DNA of 64,000 nt from Mobula hypostoma (lineage: Eukaryota): assembly GCF_963921235.1 (NCBI RefSeq), contig NC_086108.1:24924001-24988000 (forward strand), written 5' to 3'. Below the pieces are notes generated by a model. The model was not told the origin of the DNA and did no database searches. It was given only the letters and a program-made list of their open reading frames with translations. A program made the translations under genes and the position numbers. Positions 8,678 to 21,777 of the stretch are shown here, one piece after another (position 1 is the stretch's first letter; each line of letters starts with the position of its first letter).

Positions 8678-11588
8678 TTGCAAGGGGGTGGGACCCGGAG
8701 CGATAGAGCAGTGAAAGAAGTGCATGGAGTAAAGCCAGATCTAACATATAGAGAGGCTTTGAGGAAAGAGAAGCAGAATAAACGGTATAAAGATAGTAAG
8801 GTAAAAGGGCTGAAGTGTGTGTACCTCAATGCAAGAAGCATCAGGAACAAAGGTGATGAACTGAGAGCTTGGATACATACATGGAATTATGATGTAGTGG
8901 CCATTACAGAGACTTGTCTGGCACCAGGGCAGGAAAGGATTCTCAATATTCCTGGATTTCAGTGCTTTAAAAGGGATAGAGAGGGGGGAAAAGGGGAGGA
9001 GGGGTGGCATTACTGGTCAGGGATACTATTACAGCTACAGAAAGGGTGGGTAATGTAACAGGATCCTCTTTTGAGTCAGTATGGGTGGAAGTCAGGAACA
9101 GGAAGGGAGCAGTTACTCTATTGAGGGTATTCTATAGGCCCCCTGGTAGCAGCAGAGATACAGAGGAGCAGACTGGGAGGCAGATTTTGGAAAGGTGCAA
9201 AAATAACAGGGTTGTTATCATGGGTGACTTTAACTTCCCAAATATTGATTGACAGCTGATTAGTTCCAAGGGATTAGATGGGGCAGAGTTCGTTAAGTGT
9301 GTCCAGGACGGATTCCTTTCACAGTATGTGGACAGGCTGACTAGGGGAAATGCCATACTAGATCTAGTACTAGGTAATGAACCGGGTCAGGTCACAGATC
9401 TCTCAGTGGGTGAGCATCTGGGGGACAGTTACCACCTCTCCCTCGCCTTTAGCATTATCATGGAAAAGGATAGAATCAGAGGGAACAGGAAAATTTTTAA
9501 TTGGAGAAGGGCAAATTATGAGGCTATAAGGCTAGAACTTGCGGGTGTGAATTGGGATGATGGTTTTGCAGGAAAGTGTACTATGGACATGTGGTCGATG
9601 TTTACAGATCTCTTTCAGGATGTTAGGGATAAATTTGTCCTGGTGAGGAAGATAAAGAATGGTAGGGTGAAGGAACCATGGGTGACAAGTGAGGAGGAAA
9701 ATCTAGTCAGATGGAAGAAGGCAGCATACATGAGGTTTAGGAAGCAAGGATCAGATGGGTCTATTGAGGAATATAGGGAAGCAAGAAAGGGGCTGAGAAG
9801 AGCATTAAGGGGGCATGAGAAGGCCTTGGCGAGTAGGGTAAAGGAAAACCCCAAGGCATTCTTCAATTATGTGAAGAACAAAAGGATGACAGGAGTGAAG
9901 GTAGGACCGATTAGAGATAAAGGTGGGAAGATGTGCCTGGAGGCTGTGGAAGTGAGCGAAGTCCTCAATGAATACTTCTCTTTGGTATTCACCAATGAGA
10001 GGGAACTTGATGATGATGAGGACAATATGAGTGAGGTTGATGTTCTGGAGCATGTTGATATTAATGGAGAGTAGGTGATGGAGTTGTTAAAATACATTAG
10101 GACGGGTAAGTCCCCAGGGCCTGACAGAATATTCCCCAGGCTGCTCCATGAGGCGAGGGAAGAGATTGCTGAGCCTCTAGCTAGGATCTTTATGTCCTCG
10201 TTGTCCACGGGAATGGTACCGGAGGATTGGAGAGAGGCGAATGTTGTTCCCTTGTTCAAAAAAGGTAGTAGGGATAGTCCAGTTAATTATAGACCAGTGA
10301 GCCTTACGTCTGTGGTGGGAAAGCTGTTGGAAAAAATGCTTAGAGATAGGATCTATGGGCATTTAGAGAATCATGGTCTGATCAGAGACAGTCAGCATGG
10401 CTTTTTGAAGGTCAGATTGTGTCTAACAAGCCTGATAGACTTCTTTGAGGAGCTGACCAGGCACATAGATGAGGGTAGTGCAGTGGATGTGATCTATATG
10501 GATTTCAGTAAGGCATTTGACAAGGTTCCACATGGTAGGCTTATTCAGAAAGTCAGAAGGCATGGGATTGAGGGAAGTTTGGCCAGGTGGATTCAGAATT
10601 GGCTTGCCTGCAGAAGGCAGAGGGTCATGGTGGAGGGAGTACATTCAGATTGGAGGATTGTGACTAGTGGCGTCCCACAAGGATCAGTTCTGGGACCTTT
10701 ACTTTTCGTGATTTTTATTAACGACCTGGATGTGGGGGTAGAAGGGTGGGTTGGCAAGTTTGCAGATGACACAAGGTTGGTGGTGGTGTAGATAGTGTAG
10801 AGGATTGTCGAAGATTGCAGGGAGACATTGATAGGATGCAGAAATGGACTGAGAAGTGGCAGATGGGGTTCAACCCAGAGAAGAGTGAAATGGTACACTT
10901 TAGAAGGACAAACTCCAAGGCAGAGTACGAAGTAAATGGCAGGGTACTTGGTAGTGTGGAGGAGCAGAGGGATCTGGGGGTACATGTCCACAGATCCCTG
11001 AAAGTTGCCTCACAGGTAGATAGGGTAGTTAAGAAAGCTTATGGGGTGTTAGCTTTCATAAGTCGAGGGAGAGAGTTTAAGAGTCACGATGTAATGATGC
11101 AGCTCTATAAAACTCTGGTTAGGCCACACTTGGAGTACTGTGTCCAGTTCTGGTCGCCTCACTGTAGGAAGGATGTGGAAGCATTGGAATGGGTACAGAG
11201 GAGATTTACCAGGAAGCTGACTGGTTTAGAGAGTATGCATTATGATCAGAGATTAAGGGAGCTAGGGCTTTATTCTTTGGAGAGAAGGAGGATGAGCAGA
11301 GACATGATAGAGGTGTACAAGATAATAAGAGGAATAGATAGAGTGGATAGCCAGCGCCTCTTCCCCAGGGCACCACTGCTCAATACAAGAGGACATGGCT
11401 TTAAGGTAAGGGGTGGGAAGTTCAATGGGGATATTAGAGGAAGTTTTGTTACTCAGAGAGTGGTTGGTGTGCGGAATGCACTGTCTGAGTCAGTGGTGGA
11501 GGCAGATACACTCCTGAAGTTTAAGAGACTACTAGATGGGTATATGGAGGAATTTAAGGTGGGGGGTTATATGGGAGGCAGGGTTTGA
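8678..11588 (+). pseudogene. CR1 ORF2 (endonuclease-reverse transcriptase), disrupted
   Basis: Pieces in the ORF track (8678, 9004, 9328, 10075, 10815) join into one ORF2, with frameshifts near 9000 and 10780 and stops at 9250 and 10072. Confidence 0.92.
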
Positions 11589-12369
11589 GGGTCGGCACAG
11601 CATTGTAGGCTGAAGGGCCTGTAATGTGCTGTACTATTCTATGTTCTATGTTCTATGTTCTTTATTCAACAAAACAAGACACAACAGGCATCATATCTAG
11701 GCACTTTCGGTGGAGAGGTCTCACTTGCCTAACATGGGGCTTGACATTTTGTGTGCTAAACATCAAAGGACAGTTCCATATTTACAATACTTCCTTTGAA
11801 ACTACACGCAAACTTCACACTTTTTGATCACGCCCACACCACAGACTTCTAAGTTAATTTTAATCAGCATTGTCTGGTCTGTGTTTCACGGCTTTTAGGA
11901 AACTACCTCGTGTACATGTACATTAAATCTGCAATTTACATTCAGACTTGAAGAATTAGTGGCTGAGAAGTCATTTGCTAAATGTAAATGTGCTAAATCC
12001 AAAAATCACTCTAACACCTTCTTTCTAGCCAAACAAGCCAAATGAGTAGCAACTAGTGACAAATAGATTTTGGAAAATGTTTGCCAACCACATCAACTAT
12101 GGTTCTGTCAGAAGAGTAGAAAAGTTAATAAGCTGTTAGATGGAAAACTTGCATTTCCTGCTGACAGCATAGCGATTTATGTTAAACAGGAGTTTAAGTT
12201 GCATTGAGAATAATACGGGTAAATTTATTGGAGCACTGAAGACTATTTATTCTCCTTATACTAAAAGTGAAATCAAAACATTACTAAACAAATGCAAGAG
12301 GAAGGAGGAAAGAGATGCAGAACAATTTAGCACCATTTCACGATAGCATTTAAGAAATGAAGAAATTAA

Positions 12370-14070
12370 AGAAGTAGACCATTCTTCCACACGTGCTTGA
12401 TCTAGCATTCAGTAAGATCATGATTGTTGTTTTATCTGAATACCAATATGAAACACTTACCTGATTATGTGAACATGTCAACATCTATATATTGCTATCT
12501 TGAATATACCCAGTAACTGAACCTCCTCAGCACACTTGGGTAGAACATTCCAAAATTCACCACCCTGGTGTACAAACCTCTTCTCAACTCTTACTCATGG
12601 CCCAATACCTTATTTTGAATTGGGTTTCAGATTCCAGACATTTAGATCACAGATCAAACCCACACCTACCATATAAAGCCCTCCAAGCATTTTGTACATT
12701 TCAGTTAAATCAGTTCTTATTCCACAATCAAGCATACATGCCTAATCTGCTGCATGACAAACATGACATGACATAATCTCTCCTCAAACATGTCACCAAA
12801 TCAATCAGAGTCTTTACTGAACTCCATCTCTTTCAAGATATCATGTATTAGTTGGTAAAACAAGAACTGATGTGATCACAGAAGGGATCTGTACAATTGG
12901 AGCAAGATGCTTCTGTTGTTGTCCTCAAATCCTCACACACTAAAGGCTACATGGCTTCCAAATTGCTTGCTATCATAATGTTTAGTCTATCATCATCTAA
13001 AAAAACAATGCAACTATTTTTACATTTTTCAAACTGAACTATTTAATATTTTATTACATTTTATTGTATCACCATATTCTTGCCCAGTTACTTAGATGGT
13101 CCATATCTCCTGGACATCCCTCTGCAACCTGGTCACAGCCCATATTGCTCCTTAAACTGGTATCATGTGCAAACTTAAATATATTATATTTGTTAACTTC
13201 ACCCAAAACATTGATATAGATTGTGAAGACCTTGAGTCCAATCATAGCCTTCCCTTCCAAAAAGTGACCCAATTATTCCTACTGTCTGTTTACCGCCCAT
13301 GAAGCTATCCTCAAACCATCATAGTACGTTACTCCCGATGTGAAGCAGTCTAATTTTGTATGATTATGCCTTGTATGCAGCCCACCGCTGGCCTTCTGAA
13401 TATCTAAACACATCACATCCAGTGGTTCACTTTCATCAATTCTGCCAGATACAGTACGTATTCAAAAATTACAAAGGAATTGCAAATATTGTTTCCTTTT
13501 TACAAATTCACTTTGACACTACAGAATGCTGTTGTTATTTTCCATGTGCTCCATTTCTAACTCCTTGATAATAAGGTGCAGTATTTTCCTTACTACTGCT
13601 GTCAGCTAGCTGATTTCTACTCCCCTGTTTGTACTCTCCCTCCTTTTGCATTTGCTACCTTCTAATCTCTTAGGACTTCTCTAGAATCTATTGAACTTTG
13701 GAAGATGATGACTAGTGCATGCCCCATCTCCTTCATCAACTTTCAAGACCCTCAGATACAGGTTATCAGGTCCTGGGGATTTATCACATTTGTCTTTTAA
13801 ACATTTTCAATACTACTTTTTAATCATGCTAATTTCTTTGGGCTCTGTATTCACGTAAGACCTGAAGTCTTCCACTCTTTATAGGATGTTTTCTGTGTGT
13901 TCCTTAAAGATGGACAAAAGAAAATGTTTAAATTATCTGTCATTTCCTTATTCCCTAACTCCTCTTCTATCTGTCAGTAAAGGACCAACATTCATTTTCC
14001 CTATTCTTTTTAGTTTTGCATGTCAATGAAAGCTGCTACAATTTGGTTTTGTGCTTCTCATTAGTATATT
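12370..14070 (-). mobile_element. Ancient CR1 LINE (continues at about 15490-15700 and 19833-20300), host of younger insertions
   Basis: FTIYINVLGEVNKYNIFKFAHDT (RT), a degenerate PGPD motif near 13770, and a CR1-like 3' end near 12370. The pieces are collinear across the insertions. Confidence 0.6.
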
Positions 14071-14073
14071 CAT

Positions 14074-15491
14074 ATACTTAAAGAGGGGTAACTTTGAAGG
14101 TATGAGACGTGAATTAGCTAAGATAGACTGGCAAATGACACTTAAAGGATTGACGGTGGATATGCAATGGCAAGCATTTAAAGGTTGCATGGATGAACTA
14201 CAACAATTGTTCATCCCAGTTTGGCAAAAGAATAAATCAAGGAAGGTAGTGCACCCGTGGCTGACAAGAGAAATTCGGGATAGTATCAATTCCAAAGAAG
14301 AAGCATACAAATTAGCCAGAGAAAGTGGCTCACCTGAGGACTGGGAGAAATTCAGAGTTCAGCAGAGGAGGACAAAGGGCTTAATTAGGAAGGGGAAAAA
14401 AGATTATGAGAGAAAACTGGCAGGGAACATAAAAACTGACTGTAAAAGCTTTTATAGATATGTAAAAAGGAAAAGACTGGTAAAGACAAATGTAGGTCCC
14501 CTACAGACAGAAACAGGTGAATTGATTATGGGGAGCAAGGACATGGCAGACCAATTGAATAATTACTTTGGTTCTGTCTTCACTAAGGAGGACATAAATA
14601 ATCTTCCAGAAATAGTAGGGGACAGAGGGTCCAGTGAGTTGGAGGAACTGAGTGAAATACATGTTAGTAGGGAAGTGGTGTTAGGTAAATTGAAGGGATT
14701 GAAGGCAGATAAATCCCCAGGGCCAGATGGTCTGCATCCTAGAGTGCTTAAGGAAGTAGCCCAAGAAATAGTGGATGCATTAGTGATAATTTTTCAAAAC
14801 TCGTTAGATTCTAGACTAGTTCCTGAGGATTGGAGGGTGGCTAATGTAACCCCACTTTTTAAAAAAGGAGGGAGAGAGAAACCGGGGAATTATAGACTGG
14901 TTAGCCTAACATCGATGGTGGGGAAACTGCTGGAGTCAGTTATCAAAGATGTGATAACAGCACATTTGGAAAGCGGTGAAATCAGCAGACAAAGTCAGCA
15001 TGGATTTGTGAAAGGAAAATCATGTCTGATGAATCTCATAGAATTTTTTGAGGATGTAACTAGTAGAGTGGATAGGGGAGAACCAGTGGATGTGGTATAT
15101 TTGGATTTTCAAAAGGCTTTTGACAAGGTCCCACACAGGAGATTAGTGTGCAAACTTAAAGCACATGGTATTGGGGGTAGGGTATTGATGTGGATGGAGA
15201 ATTGGTTAGCAGACAGGAAGCAAAGAGTGGGAATAAACGGGACCTTTTCAGAATGGCAGGCGGTGACTAGTGGGGTACCGCAAGCCTCAGTGCTGGGACC
15301 CCAGTTGTTTACAATATATATTAATGACTTGAATGAGGGAATTAAATGCAGCATCTCCAAGTTTGCAGATGACACGAAGCTGGGTGGCAGTGTTAGCTGT
15401 GAGGAGGATGCTAAGTGGATGCAGAGTGACTTGGATAGGTTGGGTGAGTGGGCAAATTCATGGCAGATGCAATTCTATGTTTCTATGCTTC
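14074..15491 (+). mobile_element. Young CR1 ORF2 fragment, 5' truncated and internally deleted
   Basis: An open frame covers the linker and RT up to WQMQF, then jumps to a ttctatgtttctatg tail-like repeat. Possible TSD tattcat at 14067-14073 and 15492-15498. Confidence 0.85.
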
Positions 15492-16793
15492 TATTCATTA
15501 TTTCTTCCAATGCCTGCATCTTTCTCAATTGAAGTTTGAACACTTTCCAAAGCTTACTGCTATTAATTTTGTTTAGTTTATTTTGGAACCTCTTTCTTTG
15601 AACTCCAGTAGTTTTAAATTCTCTTGATCACCACAGCTCCATTATTATTTTTGCCTAATACTTTATTTTAATTCTTTAAAAATCAGCCATTGCTGGCACC
15701 ACATCTTTCTTTTTTTTGTAATTTATTTTTTATTGAAGTTCATCATCAAACAAACATTTCTATAAGATGTATTTCAGATACTGTACATATATATCATATA
15801 ATCATATTTGTCACAAATCTCCACTTAATATTTATCTGAGGTATACACTTATAGAAAAGAGAGGAAAGAAAGAACAATTGAAAGCAGAAAACTATGTATA
15901 AAGTAGGGAGTGATCTTTTTTTTATATATCATACTTATGAGAATAAAATCAGGCCAATGAGGTGTTATGTAGTTAAACCATTTTTCCCAGTATGAATCAA
16001 ATTGTTCCAACTTATGATTAACAGATGCTGTTATCTCCTCCATTTTGTAAATGTCCATTGTAATTTCCATCCATACATCTAAAGTTGGGCTCTCCTGTGA
16101 TAACCATTTCCTGGTAAGGGTCTTTTTACCAGCCACCAGCAGTATATTCATTAAATATTTATCTCTTTTCAATCATTCTTGATGTACATACCCAAAATAT
16201 ATGGTCTTACTCTCTAAGGGTATTTCATATTTAATGATGTTTTGTAGGACATTATATATCCCACTCCAATAGTCTTTGATAACAGGGCATTCCCAGAAAA
16301 TATGATAATGGTTTGCATTTTGATTTCCACAATTTCTCCAGCAAACAGGGAGGTTGCTATCAAAATGGGATTTCTGAGAGGGTGTAATAAAATACCTTAT
16401 CAAGTTTTTCCACCTGAACTCCCTGTGAACTGGTACACTTCGATTGATACCTCCATATTATTGTCCATTCTTCCTCAGATATTATTATCTCTCCTTCCTT
16501 CTCCCATTTTGTTTTAATGTATGAAGTTGAGTGTGTTTTAAGATTTGACAAGCCCTTATAAATGCATGAAATTATTCTACTACTGTTGTCTGAATTATAT
16601 GTTTTTCTAAATAGCTCTATCAGACATGAACTTGCCTTGGTTACATTTTTAACCATCCTATTAACATACCGTCGCATCTGTAAATACCGAAAAAAGTCTA
16701 CGTTTTTCTAATAAGTGTTTCTCTTTGAGCATTTCAAAACTGAATATTGTTCCTTCTTTCATTATATTGCAAATAGCTGTTATTCCTTTAGCT

Positions 16794-17976
16794 CAGCGGT
16801 CCCCAACCACCGGGCCGCGGACCGGTACCAGGCTGCAAAGCATGTGCTACCAGGCCGCGAGGAAACGATATGAGTCAGCTGCACCTTTTCTCATTCCCTG
16901 TCACGCACTGTTGAGCCATTACGCACGCGAGGTCATTACTCGCGCGTCATCCGTGTCAGCGCGGGAAGGAGATCAACTCCTTAAACTTGCAAATGACGAT
17001 GTGCTGAAAAGTATGTTTGACATAACATCTCTGCTGGCATTCTGGATCAAAGTCAAGGCTAAATATCCTGAGATAGCCACGAAAGCACCGAAAACGTTGC
17101 TTCCATTTCCAACATCATATCTCTGCGAAGCGAAGTTTTCTGCAATGAATGTAACGAAAACTAAATTGCGGAATAGACTGGACATAAGGAACCCCCTTCG
17201 AGTATCGCTGTCTCCCATCACCCTCGAAAGGACCATCTTGTTGCAGGAAAACAAGCCCAGTGCTCCCACTGATTCAGCGATATTGGTGTGTTGCAATGAT
17301 TTTATATGTTCATATGGGGAAAATATGTGCTGTGTGTTTAATATCCAAACGTTAGTTAAAATGTTATGATGCTATTGACTTATATAACCATATAACAATT
17401 ACAGCACGGAAACAGTCCATCTCGGCCCTTCTAGTCCGTGCCGAACGCTACTCTCACCTAGTCCCACCGACTTGCACTCTGCCCATAACCCTCCGTTCCT
17501 TTCCTGTTCGTATACCTACCCAATTTTTCTTTAAATGATAATATCGAACCTGTTTCTGTCACTTCTACTGGAAGTTTGTTCAACAGTTACTTCAAGTTCC
17601 CCTGTCCTCTCCTGATAACTGACTTATCACTATATTCACACGAGGAAAATATGCGCTGTGTGTTTAATATTTAATTTGTTAAGATAAACCCTTTTAGAAA
17701 TGAAATTGAGTGTATTAGCCACTTATCACCTATATTCTGGTCATGATTAACACACCCTCTCCCAAACAGAATTGCCAAAAATGATTTGCAGAAAAAAAAT
17801 CGGCAGGTACACGCTGGCGCAATGGTAGCCTTTGGGTAAACACAACGTATTTGACTCCTACTCTTGTCCATTGGCAACCCTACCCACCACACCCCCCCAC
17901 CCCCGGGTCAGCCGGTCCGGAAGAATATTGTCAATATTAAACTGGTCCACAGTGCAAAAAAGGTTGGGGACTCCTG
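16794..17976 (+). mobile_element. Non-autonomous hAT (Charlie/Buster group, MER1/Charlie3-like) DNA transposon inserted in the L1
   Basis: TIRs cagcggtccccaacc / ggttggggactcctg. The 8-bp TSD ctttagct (16786-16793, 17977-17984) has a central TA. The interior retains the transposase C-terminal dimerization segment FWIKVKAKYPEIA..LLPFPTSYLCEAKFSAMNVTKTKLRNRL. Confidence 0.93.
17384..17585 (-). mobile_element. CR1 3' fragment inside the hAT element
   Basis: acagcacggaaacag...cggcccttctagtccgtgccg...cctagtccca is similar to the CR1 3' end at 52330-52510. Confidence 0.75.
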
Positions 17977-20309
17977 CTTTAGCTGTCCAGTCCTTATATC
18001 TAGCATCCAGTTTATTTGGCGTAAAGTCCGAGTCATATGCACACCATTTAAGAATTGCAATGTCTCTCTCCAGTTTATATTCTTTCATAATAGTTTTCCA
18101 TATTTTGAGAGTCCATTTCACCCACAGGTTATCAATAGTATTCATGTAACTTTGTAGGTTGTTATCAGCCAAAATTGCCTGTATGGGGATGGAAAATATC
18201 CTCTCCTCAGTGTTTTTCCATTGAGCATCATATGATGGGTTGCACCAGCATATCACAGCTCTCAACTGTCCTGCAAAATAATAATCTCTAAGAGAAGGTA
18301 GGCCCCATCCCCCCTTTTCCTTGGCTAATTGCAAAGCTTTGAGTTGAACCCTAGGCCTTTTACCTTGCCATATATATCTTGATAGTATCTTGTTCTATTC
18401 ATTGAATTGATTTTGGTTAATCTCTATTGATAGGGTCTGAAAGAGATATAGTAGTCTGGGCAGTACATTCATTTTAACAGATTCAGTCCTTGAACTGAGA
18501 CCAAGAGAAGGAATTAGGTTCCATTTTGTTATACCTTCCTTAATTTTTTTATATAGAGGCATCAATTGCATTCTGATAATTTTTCCAAATCTTTTGGCAT
18601 AATGATACCCAAATATTTGATGGACTCTGTTTGCCATGCCCAAGGATATCTACTTTAAATATCTCTTGGTGGGCTATAGTTATATGAAAGTAGTTGGATT
18701 TTATCTATGTTGATCTTGTGTCCTGATAATTAGCCATATTGTTCAAAGGATTGCATCAATTTAGGTGAAGAGTATGTTGGTCGCCCCAGATAGATCAAAA
18801 TGTCATCCGCGTAACAGGCCAATTTATTCTCTGTCCCTTTAATAGTAATTCCTCTGATATCTTCATTTTGTCTGATGTGTTGAGCTACTGGTTCCAGATA
18901 TAATGCGAAGAGTATTGGTGACCATGCACAACCCTGTCTCGTGCCCCTTTCTAGGGTAAAACTTTGAGATAAATATCCATTGATTTTAATCCTAGCAGTA
19001 GGATTGTCATATAGTGCCTGCATAGTTTTAATAATTGTGTCATGTAGACCAAATCTATGTAAAACTCTGTTAAGAAAATTCCATTTAACCGAATCAAATG
19101 CCTTTTCAGCGTCCACACTTATCATTATAGCGTCAATTTCATTTTTTTTATATGATCCATAATGTGAAGTGTCCTTCGTATATTGTCTTGTGTTTGGCGT
19201 TGTTGTATTAAACCTGTCTGATCATTATGTTTCAGTGTGGGTAGAAACTCTTCTAATCGTTTGGCCATGATGGAGGTAAATATTCTATAATCCACATTAA
19301 GAACAGATATTGGTCTAAATGACCCACATTCCATTTTATCCTTGCCTTCTTTTGGTATAGCTGAGATTATCGCCTCCTTCCAGCTGGGTGGCATTTGTAC
19401 TTTTCTTAGAGCCCAGTTCAGTGTGGGGAGTAAAACAGGGATTAACTCATTTCTAAACTCTTTATACCACTCTGCTGTATATCCATCTGATCCTGGTGAC
19501 TTGCTTAATTTAAGCCTACTAATTGCAGTTTTTAGTTCAGCTTCAGTTATGTCAGCAGTCATTGTTCTATTTTGTTCTTTGCTTAAAGTGGGTAACTCTA
19601 AAGAATTCAGGAAGATGTCAATCTGGGTTATGCGTCCCCCTGGAACTTTGGAATATAGAGTTTTGTAAAACATTTCGAAAGCTTCTTGAATTTCACTTAG
19701 CTTATTTTTTTATCACTTTTGTTCTTGGATCCCTAATTCTATGAATTGTATTTTCTGCTATCTTTTTTTTCAGTTTCCACGCCAGTATTTTCATAGATTT
19801 AGATCCACTTTCATAGCAGCACCACATCTTTCAATGGTGTATCTACCAAAGTCAATATGTTTGTAAATTGCTTCAGTCAGAATTATGACCCTACTTCAAG
19901 ACTGAACTGAATCATAAAATTCAAAAACATGAGAAAATTGAGATCATTATTCTCCAGAGGCCTATTAACAACCAAATCCTTAATTAACTATTTTCTCATT
20001 ACAAACACTATGTCTAAAACAATCTTGTTGATTCATTGATACCCGGTCTAAGAAACAAGCTCTCAAACACTCCATGAGTTCATTCTTCATCCTATTAGAA
20101 CCCATTTGTTTTCTGTTTATGTCAATTGACTGGTTTCCACTTTGTGTTTTCTCTCTCCCTCCTTTGCATTTTGTTGATGTGGACTGAAGTTGCCAACAAT
20201 TATGGTATTACTTTTGTTAAATGCACCTCTAATTTCCTGATTTACCACTGTGTGAGAGGTCATGGGCCTTTCCCACCAAAATGTTCTGACTCCCATCCAA
20301 ACTGTTTTT

Positions 20310-21777
20310 TCTGGACTAGTTCCTGAGGATTGGAGGGTGGCTAATGTAACCCCACTTTTTAAAAAAGGAGGGAGAGAGAAACCAGGGAATTATAGACCGG
20401 TTAGCCTGACATCGGTGGTGGGGAAAATGCTAGAGTCGGTTATCAAAGATGTGATAACAGCACATTTGGAAAGCGGTGAAATCATCGGACAAAGTCAGCA
20501 TGGATTTGTGAAAGGAAAATCATGTCTGACGAATCTCATAGAATTTTTTGAGGATGTAACTAGTAGCGTGGATAGGGGAGAACCAGTGGATGTGGTATAT
20601 TTGGATTTTCAAAAGGCTTTTGACAAGGTCCCACACAGGAGATTAGTGTGCAAACTTAAAGCACACGGTATTGGGGGTAAGGTATTGGTGTGGGTGGAGA
20701 ATTGGTTAGCAGACAGGAAGCAAAGAGTGGGAATAAACGGGACCTTTTCAGAATGGCAGGCGGTGACTAGTGGGGTACCGCAAGGCTCAGTGCTGGGACC
20801 CCAGTTGTTTACAATATATATTAATGACTTAGATGAGGGAATTAAATGCAGCATCTCCAAGTTTGCGGAAGACACGAAGCTGGGCAGCAGTGTTAGCCGT
20901 GAGGAGGATGCTAAGAGGATGCAGGGTGACTTGGATAGGTTGGGTGAGTGGGCAAATTCATGGCAGATGCAATTTAATGTGAATAAATGTGAGGTTATCC
21001 ACTTTGGTGGCAAAAACAGGAAAACAGATTATTATCTGAATGGTGGCCGATTAGGAAAAGGCTAGGTGCAAGGAGACCTGGGTGTCATTATACACCAGTC
21101 ATTGAAAGTGGGCATGCAGGTATAGAAGATGGTGAAAAAGGCAAATGGTATGCTGGCATTTATAGCGAGAGGATTCGAGTACAGGAGCAGGGAGGTACTA
21201 CTGCAGTTGTACAAGGCCTTGGTAAGGCCACACCTGGAGTATTGTGTGCAGTTTTGGTCCCCTAATGTGAGGAAAGACATTCTTGCCATAGTGGGAGTAC
21301 AAAAAAGGTTCACCAGATTCATTCCTGGGATGGCAGAACTTTCATATGATGAAAGACTGGATCGACTAGGCTCATACTCTCTGGAATTTAGAAGATTGAG
21401 GGGGAATCTTATTGAAACGTATAAAATCCTAAAGGGATTGGACAGGATGGATGCAGGAAGATTGTTCCCGATGTTGGGGAAGTTCAGAACGAGGGGTCAC
21501 AGTTTGAGGATAAAGGGGAAGTCTTCTAAGACCGAGATTAGGAAAAACTCCTTCACACAGAGAGTGGTGAATCTGTGGAATTCTCTGCCACAGGAAACAG
21601 TTGAGGCCAGTTCATTGGCTCTATTTAAGAGGGAGTTAGAGATGGCCCTTGTGGCTAAAGGGATCAGGGGGTATGGAGGGAAGGCAGGTACAGGGTTCTG
21701 AGTTGAATGACCAGCCATGATCGTACTGAATGGCGGTGCAGGCTCAAAGGGCCGAATGGCCTACTCCTGCACCTATT
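20310..21777 (+). mobile_element. Young CR1 3' half (RT plus C-terminus and 3' UTR)
   Basis: ORFs at 20262-21065 and 21129-21701 are separated by stops. The 3' UTR is ggctcaaagggccgaatggcctactcctgcacct. The first ~660 bp are nearly identical to 14810-15474. Confidence 0.92.

Larger units (their letters stand above)
7586..11661 (+). mobile_element. Near full-length CR1 LINE (5' UTR, ORF1, disrupted ORF2, (TTCTATG)n tail)
   Basis: ORF1 is followed directly by an APE endonuclease (YLNARSIRNK, VIMGDFNFPNID), an RT ([26 protein letters not shown]) and the CR1 C-terminus (VRPHLEYCVQFWSP). The tail lies at 11637-11660. The 5' boundary is approximate. Confidence 0.95.
15710..19818 (-). mobile_element. 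L1-clade LINE, 5' truncated, with 14-bp TSD
   Basis: L1 ORF2 motifs KSPGSDGYTAEWYKEF, FRPISVLNVDYRIF, SVDAEKAFD, RGTRQGC, YADD, GGWGLPSLRDYY and the Cys-rich CWRNCG..HIFWECP. A-rich 3' end near 15710. TSD gcaccacatctttc at 15696-15709 and 19819-19832. Confidence 0.93.

Noticed and set aside
16725..17369. 214-aa ORF as a ZBED/SCAND3-like domesticated transposase gene
   Set aside because: It crosses the L1/hAT junction and contains only the transposase C-terminal fragment within TIRs.
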